Virus record (IMG/VR): IMGVR_UViG_3300030117_002316
Span: 1 to 64,000 of that record
Length of the DNA: 64,000 nt
DNA from: an uncultured virus (IMG/VR IMGVR_UViG_3300030117_002316)
Taxonomy: Duplodnaviria > Heunggongvirae > Uroviricota > Caudoviricetes
Strand: one strand, 5' to 3'
The notes under the pieces were generated by a model. That model did no database searches and was not told the DNA's origin. It saw nothing but the letters and a program-made list of their open reading frames with translations. A program made the translations under genes and the position numbers. Of this stretch, positions 1 to 8,285 are shown one piece after another. Within the stretch, counting starts at the first letter, position 1. Every line of letters begins with the position of its first letter.

Positions 1-1159
1 GAGAGGTATCATCTGTGGGGATACTAGTTGGCCGATCTCCTCTGCTCAGCTTGAGCAGTGGGGCAGTGATCTTGGTGAAGATCTCGGTCTTGATGACCAC
101 GGTATGGAACGACTGACACAAGGCAAGAACCCTATCAGGTTCCTTGAGAGTGGTGGTGATTGGCTTCTCTTCTGTGAGGCCAAGAAGTACCTTCAAGCAA
201 AGAGGACGGGACGCACCGATGCGTTCTGTTACATCGATGCTGCTGCGTCAGGTATTACCCTGAAGGAGCTGTCTACCGGCTTCCCCAACGCAGTTCTCAA
301 TGCTGACAGTCGTCATCCAGATTGGAATCACCCTTATGCTCGCTACTCCGCTGATCTCTTGGCACGCCATGAGATCAAGCAGGCTATCCGTGGGTATGCT
401 GGTATTCCACTCCCGGTTCTCATCGAACAGGTTCGACAAGCGATGAAGCCGGGTATTGTCGCTGGTGGCTACGGAGCCAGCGGTAACAGGATGGCGATGA
501 GTGTACTCGGAAACCCTGTCGATGACGAGTGTCCTGCTACCCCTGAAGAAGTGACTCTGGCTTTGCCTGAGCCATTCAATCGGTGGGTTCCGAAGGATCC
601 TAAGAAAGACTGGGTGGAACAGTTCAGGAAAGACTTCAGAAAGCCCTTCAAGGCTTCGATGAATAAAGTCTTCCCAGCAGATACGAAGCTGAGTAACCAT
701 CTCCAGAAATTCTGGACTGGTCATGTTGGCAAGGACTACCTGTCCGACCCACCTGCATGGGTGATTGATGGTTTCGTGCATCAACCCAAGAGGATTCGTC
801 GTAACCGTGATGAGCATACTGCTCTTCACTACCCCTGTCCCATCACTGGGAAGACTACGACGATCCAACGGAACGTGCTCGAGATTAACCGGGGAACAGA
901 ACTGCTCCCCAACCTTACCCACGCTATGGATGCGTTGATCATGCAGATCTGCGTACTCCTGATGAAGATGGAAGGCATTCCTGTGATTGCCATTCATGAC
1001 TCCGTGGGCGTTCCTTACCCATTCCTGAGGCGAGCTAACCAGCTCTACGTCGAGGCCGTCAACTATGTGATGTCCTTGAACGTCTGGGCTCAGTTCGGAT
1101 TCAAGGGCTACGGCCCTATCCCAGTGCTCGATCCTGACACTGGCCTCCTGCGTCGTTGA
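1..1159 (+). CDS. Divergent T7-family single-subunit RNA polymerase, C-terminal catalytic part (5' truncated by window edge)
   Basis: Frame is open from base 2. Motif A-like YIDAAASG (~230-253), motif B RQAMKPGIVAGGYG (Rx3Kx7YG, 434-475), PNLTHAMDA and motif C IHDS (992-1003), in T7 RNAP order. Confidence 0.85.
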   Translation, partial: RGIICGDTSWPISSAQLEQWGSDLGEDLGLDDHGMERLTQGKNPIRFLESGGDWLLFCEAKKYLQAKRTGRTDAFCYIDAAASGITLKELSTGFPNAVLNADSRHPDWNHPYARYSADLLARHEIKQAIRGYAGIPLPVLIEQVRQAMKPGIVAGGYGASGNRMAMSVLGNPVDDECPATPEEVTLALPEPFNRWVPKDPKKDWVEQFRKDFRKPFKASMNKVFPADTKLSNHLQKFWTGHVGKDYLSDPPAWVIDGFVHQPKRIRRNRDEHTALHYPCPITGKTTTIQRNVLEINRGTELLPNLTHAMDALIMQICVLLMKMEGIPVIAIHDSVGVPYPFLRRANQLYVEAVNYVMSLNVWAQFGFKGYGPIPVLDPDTGLLRR

Positions 1160-1178
1160 TTTGTTTGTTACCTCTAAC

Positions 1179-1210
1179 GGAGGGGCTGGCGTAAAGCCTG
1201 CCCCTCCTTT
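1179..1210 (+). terminator. Stem-loop after early RNAP gene (terminator-like)
   Basis: GGAGGGGCTGGC-GTAAA-GCCTGCCCCTCC followed by TTT. Confidence 0.55.
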
Positions 1211-1283
1211 CACCGAGAGTCAGGTGACTCTCACACTTGGGGAATGTGTTTATTCCCTGTTACCTCTTTTAAGGAGACTCCAA

Positions 1284-1961
1284 ATGGCAGAGTCTTTCTC
1301 AGTTGTCCAAGGCAGTGTGAACTGCGGACATGTCGTGACGTTGGAAAAGAACGTGCTGACAGCTACGATGTCTGGAATCGAGTACTTGATTCTTCGGATC
1401 AAGAACACGAAGACTGGCATGTACAGCCTTCGGTACTTCCCACACCGAGACCGTGACGACTTCTTCGACAAGGGTATGTGGTTCAACCCACGTATGCATG
1501 CTCGGGAAGTTAAGATCAGGCTCGGTCACTTCTCCGATGTCCAAGCCCTTCCATTTGATCGGCTGAACCCGATGCATCTGGCACGTAACTGGGCTAACAT
1601 GTATGTCCTCGGCGGACCAGAGACTCCTATCTTCCGGGGTGATGACTCCGGCAAGTACTTCCAAGTGCTTGAGCTGTGGGTTCCAGCAACAGGCTGGATC
1701 TTCAAGTGGGAGACACCGAAGTCGGAGACACTGGAACATCTGGCTGAAAAGACACGGAACAGATTCCGTGTTCACTTCAACGGGTGCTTCTACCGCTTCA
1801 ATGACACGGACTCGGAATGCCCTCACAAGGGCAAGGTTCCTTGGCATCTCGCCGAGGGATACTCCGCGTCCCTGCATGAGACGGATCCTTCCGATCCCGG
1901 TCCTCTCACTGATGCCGAAGACCCAGACGACGAAGGAATGAAGGAGGCACTCTTCAGCTGA
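1284..1961 (+). CDS. Hypothetical early protein
   Basis: AAGGAG RBS before ATG at 1284; acidic C-terminus; codon usage like the neighbouring early gene. Confidence 0.75.
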   Translation: MAESFSVVQGSVNCGHVVTLEKNVLTATMSGIEYLILRIKNTKTGMYSLRYFPHRDRDDFFDKGMWFNPRMHAREVKIRLGHFSDVQALPFDRLNPMHLARNWANMYVLGGPETPIFRGDDSGKYFQVLELWVPATGWIFKWETPKSETLEHLAEKTRNRFRVHFNGCFYRFNDTDSECPHKGKVPWHLAEGYSASLHETDPSDPGPLTDAEDPDDEGMKEALFS

Positions 1962-1973
1962 TCCTTCGCCCCG

Positions 1974-2005
1974 GTCCTTGTGCCGTAAAGGCACAGGGAC
2001 TCTTT
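1974..2005 (+). terminator. Stem-loop after ORF (terminator-like)
   Basis: GTCCTTGTGCC-GTAAA-GGCACAGGGAC followed by TCTTT. Confidence 0.55.
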
Positions 2006-2064
2006 ATATGCTGGCCGCATGGCCCACCAACGACTTAACTCGTTGACGGGTGGCAATTATTTCG

Positions 2065-2315
2065 GGGCTGCCGCCCTATATATGATGTATGTAGTATACC
2101 TAGTCATCTACCATATGTAGTATGACGGTATAGTTGGGTTTATAGATATATCCCACCATAGTCTTCCTTAGTCTGTATCCTCTATAGTCTGTCTAACTTG
2201 GGGGTATGGATTTAGGATTTAATCATGATGATTTATAACCAGACTTAAAGACTTATGTCAGACCAGAGGGGGCTACCGCCCCTGTCGAGCCATCGGATGC
2301 TCGGGCTGCCGCCCT
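2065..2315. repeat. Three copies of GGGCTRCCGCCC mini-hairpin (2065-2076, 2269-2282, 2303-2314)
   Basis: Direct repeats, each an inverted repeat with a 4-nt loop, in non-coding DNA. Confidence 0.8.
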
Positions 2316-2362
2316 CGCTCCAATGGAGGGCAGCCGATTCGAACGGCTAACTGGAGGTACGT

Positions 2363-2602
2363 ATGGCGAAATCCACGCCGCCTATCGTGATCGACTGCTC
2401 TGAGATCCCTCAGGGTGGGAAGATCAAGGTCCGGAAGGTGACCTCAGCGTCTATCCGCAAGCGGTTCCTTGCAGAGGGGAAGGAAATTCTCCGTCGAAAG
2501 GGAACCGAGATGCAGTATAGCGATGAGGCCGTCGACCGATTCATCGTACGGGCTAAGGAAGCGGGAGTTTCCTTCTCGGATACTAAGGTATTCCGTGCAT
2601 AG
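2363..2602 (+). CDS. Hypothetical early protein
   Basis: GGAGGT RBS, 79-aa ORF. Confidence 0.7.
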   Translation: MAKSTPPIVIDCSEIPQGGKIKVRKVTSASIRKRFLAEGKEILRRKGTEMQYSDEAVDRFIVRAKEAGVSFSDTKVFRA

Positions 2603-2628
2603 ACCCGTCTGCTCTTTTCCAAGCCCCT

Positions 2629-2719
2629 GAACAGAGGGTGCTACCCCGGTCCCTTATGTAGGACGGGGACACCCCTGTTCGTACTGGGCACACGCATGGT
2701 GTGTGCCTAGTACGAACAG
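2629..2719. promoter_or_regulatory. Two overlapping long hairpins
   Basis: Compound hairpin 2629-2680 and a 19-bp stem 2675-2693/2701-2719 share nt 2675-2680. Confidence 0.6.
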
Positions 2720-3345
2720 ACACTGATGGCTCTAGATTGAGCAATCAAAACTTCCGTAGTTGAGCGGCTCTCACTGAGAGTAGGAAAATGCTCTGGGATC
2801 TACGGCATAGACTGACAAATCCCGGGCAGTTAAAGATCTGCCTAAGCAAACTTGGTGGTAGATTGAAACCACCCACCCCCGTGAGCTTCGTTGATGTAGC
2901 TTCATGTCGTAGCGGGATCAGGTGAAGTAGACATGAGATAAGCATCGACCGTGAGTATGTCTGGGAGACGCAGGTGCAAGTCCTGACTGCGATGTATAGC
3001 AGTCCTGTCGGATCCAACGGGCCTGTCCCTGACTGGGGCAGTAGTAGAAGAATAGTATCTACACCCAGACCTCTACTCCACCTGATTGTCCCTACTGAGG
3101 TATCAGGGCTACGCATTCGTCTACGTGTGGATCGCTTCCACCAATGCGTAGTTGTGACTGAATATACCTTGGACTACTAGGGGGTAAAGGTGTTGTGAAG
3201 CAACGTGAGCACCCAGCTAGGGCGGAACAATGCGGATCAGCTGTCAGACGGCAGGTTGAAACCAACTTACTAGCAGGCATAGCCTGTCGTTATGGCATGT
3301 AGGAATAGTTTGCCTACCAACCTTGGCTCTGGTATCTCAGTAGTT
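2720..3345 (+). ncRNA. Candidate large structured non-coding RNA
   Basis: No credible RBS-led ORF. Many helices, including long-range 2917-2931/3072-3086 and 3092-3110/3325-3343 (with G-U pairs); T-loop-like CAGGTGCAAGTCCTG at 2971-2985. Boundaries approximate. Confidence 0.55.
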
Positions 3346-3363
3346 ACACTCAGGAGAACTAAA

Positions 3364-3537
3364 ATGACAGAAGATATGACAATGTACTATGAATTCCTTG
3401 ACAACCTCAGGGAAAGCGGGTATACTAACATGTTCGGAGCTGGTCCCTACCTCATGGACAACTTCGGAATCACCAAGTATGAGGCCAACCGCATCCTGAC
3501 ATCATGGATGCAGACCTATGGAGAACGTCATGGGTAA
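3364..3537 (+). CDS. Small phage hypothetical protein (LRESGxxNMFGAxPYL type)
   Basis: AGGAG RBS; motif recalled from small phage early proteins. Confidence 0.7.
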   Translation: MTEDMTMYYEFLDNLRESGYTNMFGAGPYLMDNFGITKYEANRILTSWMQTYGERHG

Positions 3538-3739
3538 CTCAAGTGCGGCACGCAAGTCCCGCCGTCAGGCCAGCTGGCAGAGATGCCACGGCCCCAATGG
3601 AAAGAAAGATATGAGGGTATTCAAATCCTCGAATGGTAAGTTCGGCAGCGTAGCCGAGCTTGAGGCACATCGTATTTCCAAAGAGAAGGAAGTGCCTCGA
3701 AAAGAAAAATCCTTCGCTCAACTTTGTAAAGGAAGCTGA
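3530..3739 (+). CDS. Hypothetical basic early protein
   Basis: GGAG RBS, overlaps the previous stop. Confidence 0.55.
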   Translation: MGNSSAARKSRRQASWQRCHGPNGKKDMRVFKSSNGKFGSVAELEAHRISKEKEVPRKEKSFAQLCKGS

Positions 3740-3740
3740 C

Positions 3741-4190
3741 ATGGGTATGGACGTATATGGAATTGAACCCCGCAATGCTGACGGGCAATACTTCCGGGCC
3801 AACTGCTGGTCTTGGAGGCCCATCTGTGTGGCACTGGAAAAGAGTGGTGCTATTGACCACATCCCCGCACACCAACAGCAACTGATTGCTGAGAACTCTG
3901 GTGGCGGAGCCCGCAGCCGAACCGCCTGCCTGCTCATGGCCCGTGATCTGGACAGCTGGATCAAGGAAGCCAAGCACGCTAGAGGCAAGCCGGTAAGATA
4001 CTCACCCACTGAGCTGGATGATATCTGTCGCATCGCACAAGAACCCTCTGAACACGGAGGCTATGCCTTTGTTGAGGAAGAGGATTGGGATAATGTCCCC
4101 ACACAATCTGCATATCAGGTTGAATGGGAACACCTCGAAGAGTTTGTTACCTTCCTCCGTAACTGCGGGGATGGCTTCGAGGTCTGGTAA
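3741..4190 (+). CDS. Hypothetical early protein (MGMDVYG...FRANCWSWRP...GFEVW)
   Basis: AAGGA RBS before ATG 3741; typical phage hypothetical. Confidence 0.7.
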   Translation: MGMDVYGIEPRNADGQYFRANCWSWRPICVALEKSGAIDHIPAHQQQLIAENSGGGARSRTACLLMARDLDSWIKEAKHARGKPVRYSPTELDDICRIAQEPSEHGGYAFVEEEDWDNVPTQSAYQVEWEHLEEFVTFLRNCGDGFEVW

Positions 4191-4280
4191 ACTAGTTAGA
4201 CAATCCTAGACTGTGGGTAAGGTGTAAGAAGGCTAGGATGAGGCGGTAAGGATAGCCAAGAGTAGAAATCATCCCAACTT

Positions 4281-4592
4281 ATGGAGAATCAAATGCTACA
4301 AGAGTTCTACAAGAACAACCCCAACCCAAATCTTTTGGGTAAAGTTACGGATCCACCCTTGACAGACCTGCAAAAATCTGTTAATGTATACGAACCTATC
4401 GAGGCGTATACAGAAAAGTGGACACACAAAGAGAACAGGAAGACTGGAGAATTCCTTGGTGCTGAACCTGTACCGGGGACACGTAAACGAAATGATTTGC
4501 CACCGCTTTACATCCAATGGAAAGAGGACTGGAAAACTCGATTGGATGCTATGAACAGACGCGGTGGTCCTAATGAGAAACAAGGACAATAA
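4281..4592 (+). CDS. Hypothetical protein
   Basis: ORF in tightly packed early cluster. Confidence 0.55.
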   Translation: MENQMLQEFYKNNPNPNLLGKVTDPPLTDLQKSVNVYEPIEAYTEKWTHKENRKTGEFLGAEPVPGTRKRNDLPPLYIQWKEDWKTRLDAMNRRGGPNEKQGQ

Positions 4593-4733
4593 ATACTTGC
4601 AAGCCTTTGCATTGCTAAGAAAGTATTCTGAGAAAAACAAATGGACCACTGATAAAAGACTGAAGTGGATATCTGATAACAACAAGAATGGTATGTTTAT
4701 TTCTAAAGTAAACCAACTGATTGGAGAAATGTA

Positions 4734-5075
4734 ATGGTACAATGTGGATATCATGCTGTATGTGGTAGCTTCAACTTCTACCTTGACAACGACAAGATTT
4801 GTGTTGATGGTAAGGGTGGTGTTGATGGTACTTGCTACTTTGAAAAGTGGACTTGGGAATGCCCCGGCCATGAGGATCATGAGCTGGATGTAGAAACACT
4901 GTGGATTGAAGGCCACGTATCTACAGCAGAGAATGACTTCGAGGATTGTCAGAGGCTTTCCCTCTGTGGTATGGAAGCGTGGAAATTCCTGACTGAGAAC
5001 GGTTGGGATGAAGACGAAATCGAATGGGACGTAGATGATAGTTACGATGAGGAGTATCACGATGACTACGATTGA
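4734..5075 (+). CDS. Hypothetical acidic protein
   Basis: GGAG RBS, TAATG coupling to an upstream small ORF. Confidence 0.65.
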   Translation: MVQCGYHAVCGSFNFYLDNDKICVDGKGGVDGTCYFEKWTWECPGHEDHELDVETLWIEGHVSTAENDFEDCQRLSLCGMEAWKFLTENGWDEDEIEWDVDDSYDEEYHDDYD

Positions 5076-5406
5076 AGCAACCCTAGTTAAAACGAAGGTT
5101 GAAACACAAGAAAAGACACAGCGTCTGTTCAAGATGAGCAGCCCTGTATACTATGAAGATTGGGATTTCGACACGGATGATGTATCTGAAATGTCTACCG
5201 ACTTCATCCTCGTATCCCGAGTTGTTGCAAGGGATCATGGAGATTGGGAAACTCTAATCTTTCCTGCCGATGAGGACGGAGAAGTACTTGATTGGATGGA
5301 ACTCTGGGGTGTCCGTGGATGGGAACACATTGGAACTACCCTTAATAATTTCTTGGAGGCTAGGAATGCCACACGATTACAAGCTAGCATTGATAGCTTG
5401 GACTGA
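5062..5406 (+). CDS. Hypothetical protein
   Basis: GAGGAG RBS before ATG 5062. Confidence 0.65.
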   Translation: MTTIEATLVKTKVETQEKTQRLFKMSSPVYYEDWDFDTDDVSEMSTDFILVSRVVARDHGDWETLIFPADEDGEVLDWMELWGVRGWEHIGTTLNNFLEARNATRLQASIDSLD

Positions 5407-5626
5407 TGCCGAAACATATGGCGACAGTTCTTGGATGGGCCTCGAAGAAGCCATAGAACAAGCGAACACTGCCCCACCTACCATGCGTAGCGTGGGCTGG
5501 GTTCTCTATAGAGATGAAAAGTATGTGGCTTTAACTTCTGACCTTGGGCCGGAAGAGTGTGGTCACATTACTAAGATACCTGTGTCAATGATTACTACTA
5601 TGAAATGGATTGACAATGAAACCTGA
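5366..5626 (+). CDS. Hypothetical protein (W-x-DA...SVGW type)
   Basis: GGAGG RBS; start approximate. Confidence 0.55.
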   Translation: MPHDYKLALIAWTDAETYGDSSWMGLEEAIEQANTAPPTMRSVGWVLYRDEKYVALTSDLGPEECGHITKIPVSMITTMKWIDNET

Positions 5627-6809
5627 TTTCTTTAAAGAGATTGATATGTGGGGCAGGGCAAGTGACAACCCTGACTTTGGTATCATCCCTAATAACGATG
5701 AGTACTGGGTGGCACGCAAGCACCCACACTTTAGAGAAGAGATCTACTGGCTTGAGCGTGAGGCAGAGTTCTGGCACACACTGGCTGATAGCTTCTTCTA
5801 TGGTTGTGAAAACGGTGACACTGAATGGATAGAAATGTGTATCACAAAGTATGGTTCTTATTTTCAGGAAGAAGATAACTTAGGTGTAGATTTCTACAAG
5901 GAGTATGTCGATGGGAAGAGTTAAGAGTACGGCTTACCACTGCTGGGAGCTGGCCCAAGGGGTAGAAGAACCTGATTGGGATTACATCGCAGAAGAGACT
6001 GGCCTACCTGATGGCAAGACTGCCAAGGAATGGGCAGAAGAATGGGATAAACTTGAACAACAGGAGTATTACGGTGGCAAAGAAAGTTTTTGAAGTCAGA
6101 GTTAATTATGTCGAGCTAGTCTACGGTAGCTGCTACGTCCACGTAGAGGCTGAGACTAAGGTAGAAGCAGAAGAATTGTTTGGAAGCGATCCCTACGCCT
6201 ATGATTGGGATGGCTGGGAACAGCATGACTCTGAGATGCAAGGCTGGGAAATTGATGATGTAGAGTATGATGAGTTCATGACTAAGAGACTGCAAGAAAA
6301 AGAGCAGTTGGATAACATCACTAACAAAATGACCCACGAGGACATGGATGACTAAGTATGGTATCTATGTGTCTGGCCCTGACCACAAGGGCACATGGAT
6401 GAGTGACTCTTGGCACAAGAGAAGCAACGGGGACTGGTATGCTAAGCCAGCCCTGTATACTACCATGACTGAGGCAAAGGCTGATGCAAGACTTTTCCAG
6501 AAGGATAGTAAGTATCAGTATGTGGCAAAAAAATACAAATAAGTCCTTGACACCCAAGGATATTTACGTTACAATACACAGGATGATAAGATGTTTAAAG
6601 CATACGTACCTGCAAAGATCAGCATACAAGCTATGGATGCACTCCTTAACAACAACTACATACAAGACTATACTGACGATGGCACTGTCTACAACAGAGG
6701 TAGCTGGATGCCGGTCGGAGATGTCTTGGAGTATCTAATACTTTCGGAGGATGTTAATGAGGAGAAAACAGAGGGACAAGAAGATCAAGTCAGATCAAGT
6801 ACGTCCTAA
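5610..6809 (+). other. Run of five small, mostly acidic, hypothetical early ORFs (5610-5924, 5905-6093, ~6070-6355, 6348-6542, 6591-6809)
   Basis: Overlapping or coupled + strand ORFs, most with RBS; no recognisable domains. Confidence 0.6.
6547..6575 (+). promoter_or_regulatory. Host sigma70-type promoter
   Basis: TTGACA-17 nt-TACAAT in an intergenic gap, with an A-rich UP-like tract upstream. Confidence 0.8.
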
Positions 6810-6913
6810 AAAGAAAAGACAATACCCAACCCGTCAAAGAGCTAAGGATACCCTGCGTAATTGGGAATCAACGGATTGGGAAGATTTAACTAGTGATAAT
6901 ATAGAAGGAACTT

Positions 6914-7900
6914 TTGATGCACGAGATGACTCAGAATGACTCTGCTGCTTATTTCAAAACTCCCGCTTGGCATGGCCTCGGCAATGTCATTGAAGACCCA
7001 ATTGATATTTGGGATGGGATGTATCAGGCCGGTCTCAACTGGACTGTCCGCAAAGAAGAAGGTATTACTGTAGGTAATCCTTACTCAGGTCAGGTGTACT
7101 CACCCGACTACCATGCTATTGTTCGTGATGATACTAAGACTGTACTTGGTGTCGTCAGTAAACAATACAAGATCATTCAGAACGAAGAGATCTTCCGGCT
7201 CGCTGAATGCTTTGGCTCTGATGCCAAGGTAGAAAGTGCTGGCTCTATTCAGGATGGTCGCAAGCTGTACCTGTTGCTGCGAGGCACGCCCTTCGAGGCT
7301 GTGCAAGGTGACACCGTACAACGATACATGGCTTTGATGTGGGGCCACGACGGTACGCTGTCTGGTCACATGTTCCCAACGTCTGTTCGTGTTGTGTGTA
7401 AGAACACTATGGACATGGCACTGGGAGAGTCAGGTAGGAAGGTTGTGATCAAGCACTCAGGAGACATCTACGAGAAGCTTGAGTTCGCTAGAGATGCAAT
7501 CGCTAGGTTCAAGCAGACGGGTAACCTGTTTGCTCAGACCACACAGGATCTCGCTAGAGTTCCTACTGACACTGCTACTATTAATAAGTTCTTCTGGAAC
7601 ATCTTCGAGAGTATGCACGGAGCAATCCCTGTTAATCCTACGAATGAGAAGGAAGAAACACAGAAGGTAAAAGCTGTAACTACTATGTCCAAGTGGGTAG
7701 AAACCCTTGAGGAAGAAGCCAAGGACTTTGGCGTAAACCTTTGGATTGCAGCAAACGCCGTGACGAATGACATCCAACACACAGCTGGATCCCGTGGACG
7801 CAAGAAGACCCCCGCTTCTGCTGCATACGGTAACCTCGCTGGTAAGGGTGCTAAGGATTCGTCCAAGGTGCTTGCCGCAGCTATTCAAATGGCGAAGTAA
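6914..7900 (+). CDS. DUF932 / TIGR03299-like phage-plasmid protein
   Basis: PAWHGLG, LGVVSKQYKIIQN, GHDG, TSVRVVCKNT motifs; true start may be a few codons downstream. Confidence 0.85.
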   Translation: MMHEMTQNDSAAYFKTPAWHGLGNVIEDPIDIWDGMYQAGLNWTVRKEEGITVGNPYSGQVYSPDYHAIVRDDTKTVLGVVSKQYKIIQNEEIFRLAECFGSDAKVESAGSIQDGRKLYLLLRGTPFEAVQGDTVQRYMALMWGHDGTLSGHMFPTSVRVVCKNTMDMALGESGRKVVIKHSGDIYEKLEFARDAIARFKQTGNLFAQTTQDLARVPTDTATINKFFWNIFESMHGAIPVNPTNEKEETQKVKAVTTMSKWVETLEEEAKDFGVNLWIAANAVTNDIQHTAGSRGRKKTPASAAYGNLAGKGAKDSSKVLAAAIQMAK

Positions 7901-7918
7901 ACAACAGCTAATCGAACG

Positions 7919-7951
7919 GGGGGTGGGACGCTGAGCTGCTCCCACCCCCTT
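7919..7951 (+). terminator. GC-rich stem-loop
   Basis: GGGGGTGGGA...TCCCACCCCC, weak U-tail. Confidence 0.5.
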
Positions 7952-7970
7952 AGTAGATAAAGGAGGAACT

Positions 7971-8285
7971 ATGGCTAAGAAGAAACCCAGCCTATCTATT
8001 GACGGACATGATCAAGGATACGGCGGAACTTTTAACGCACACAAACATTGGAAGAAACTCCGAGAGAAACATAGACGCGATGATGCACACCGAGCAAGAG
8101 GTGGCAGTAGAATATGGAAGCCTGAAGTATATAGATCAAAGGGTGCTGGTAAGGGTGATCAGGAACGTCAATCACAAGTACCAAAAGAACTGTACGATTT
8201 AAACTTTGACCTTGCCTTTGGTAATATTACAAAGGAAGAGTACGAAATAAAACTAAAGGAACTCACTAGTGAAGACTTGGAATAG
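7971..8285 (+). CDS. Hypothetical basic protein
   Basis: Strong AAGGAGG RBS; GAGKGD motif. Confidence 0.7.
   Translation: MAKKKPSLSIDGHDQGYGGTFNAHKHWKKLREKHRRDDAHRARGGSRIWKPEVYRSKGAGKGDQERQSQVPKELYDLNFDLAFGNITKEEYEIKLKELTSEDLE

Noticed and set aside
1161..1283. ORF-track N-terminal extensions (e.g. starts at 1161, 3292, 3660, 30096, 62925)
   Set aside because: They run through hairpins or upstream genes; downstream ATGs with clear RBS are preferred
2065..2315. Repeats considered as a CRISPR mini-array
   Set aside because: Repeats are only ~12 bp with irregular spacing, and no cas genes are present
2720..3345. tmRNA, RNase P RNA or self-splicing intron identity for the structured region
   Set aside because: No tRNA-Ala-like ends, no GAGGAAAGUCC, no clear group I/II catalytic motifs and no interrupted gene
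4205..4280. Possible hammerhead-like element (GATGA...GAAA with short stems)
   Set aside because: Core CUGAUGA is not intact and the stem topology does not fit
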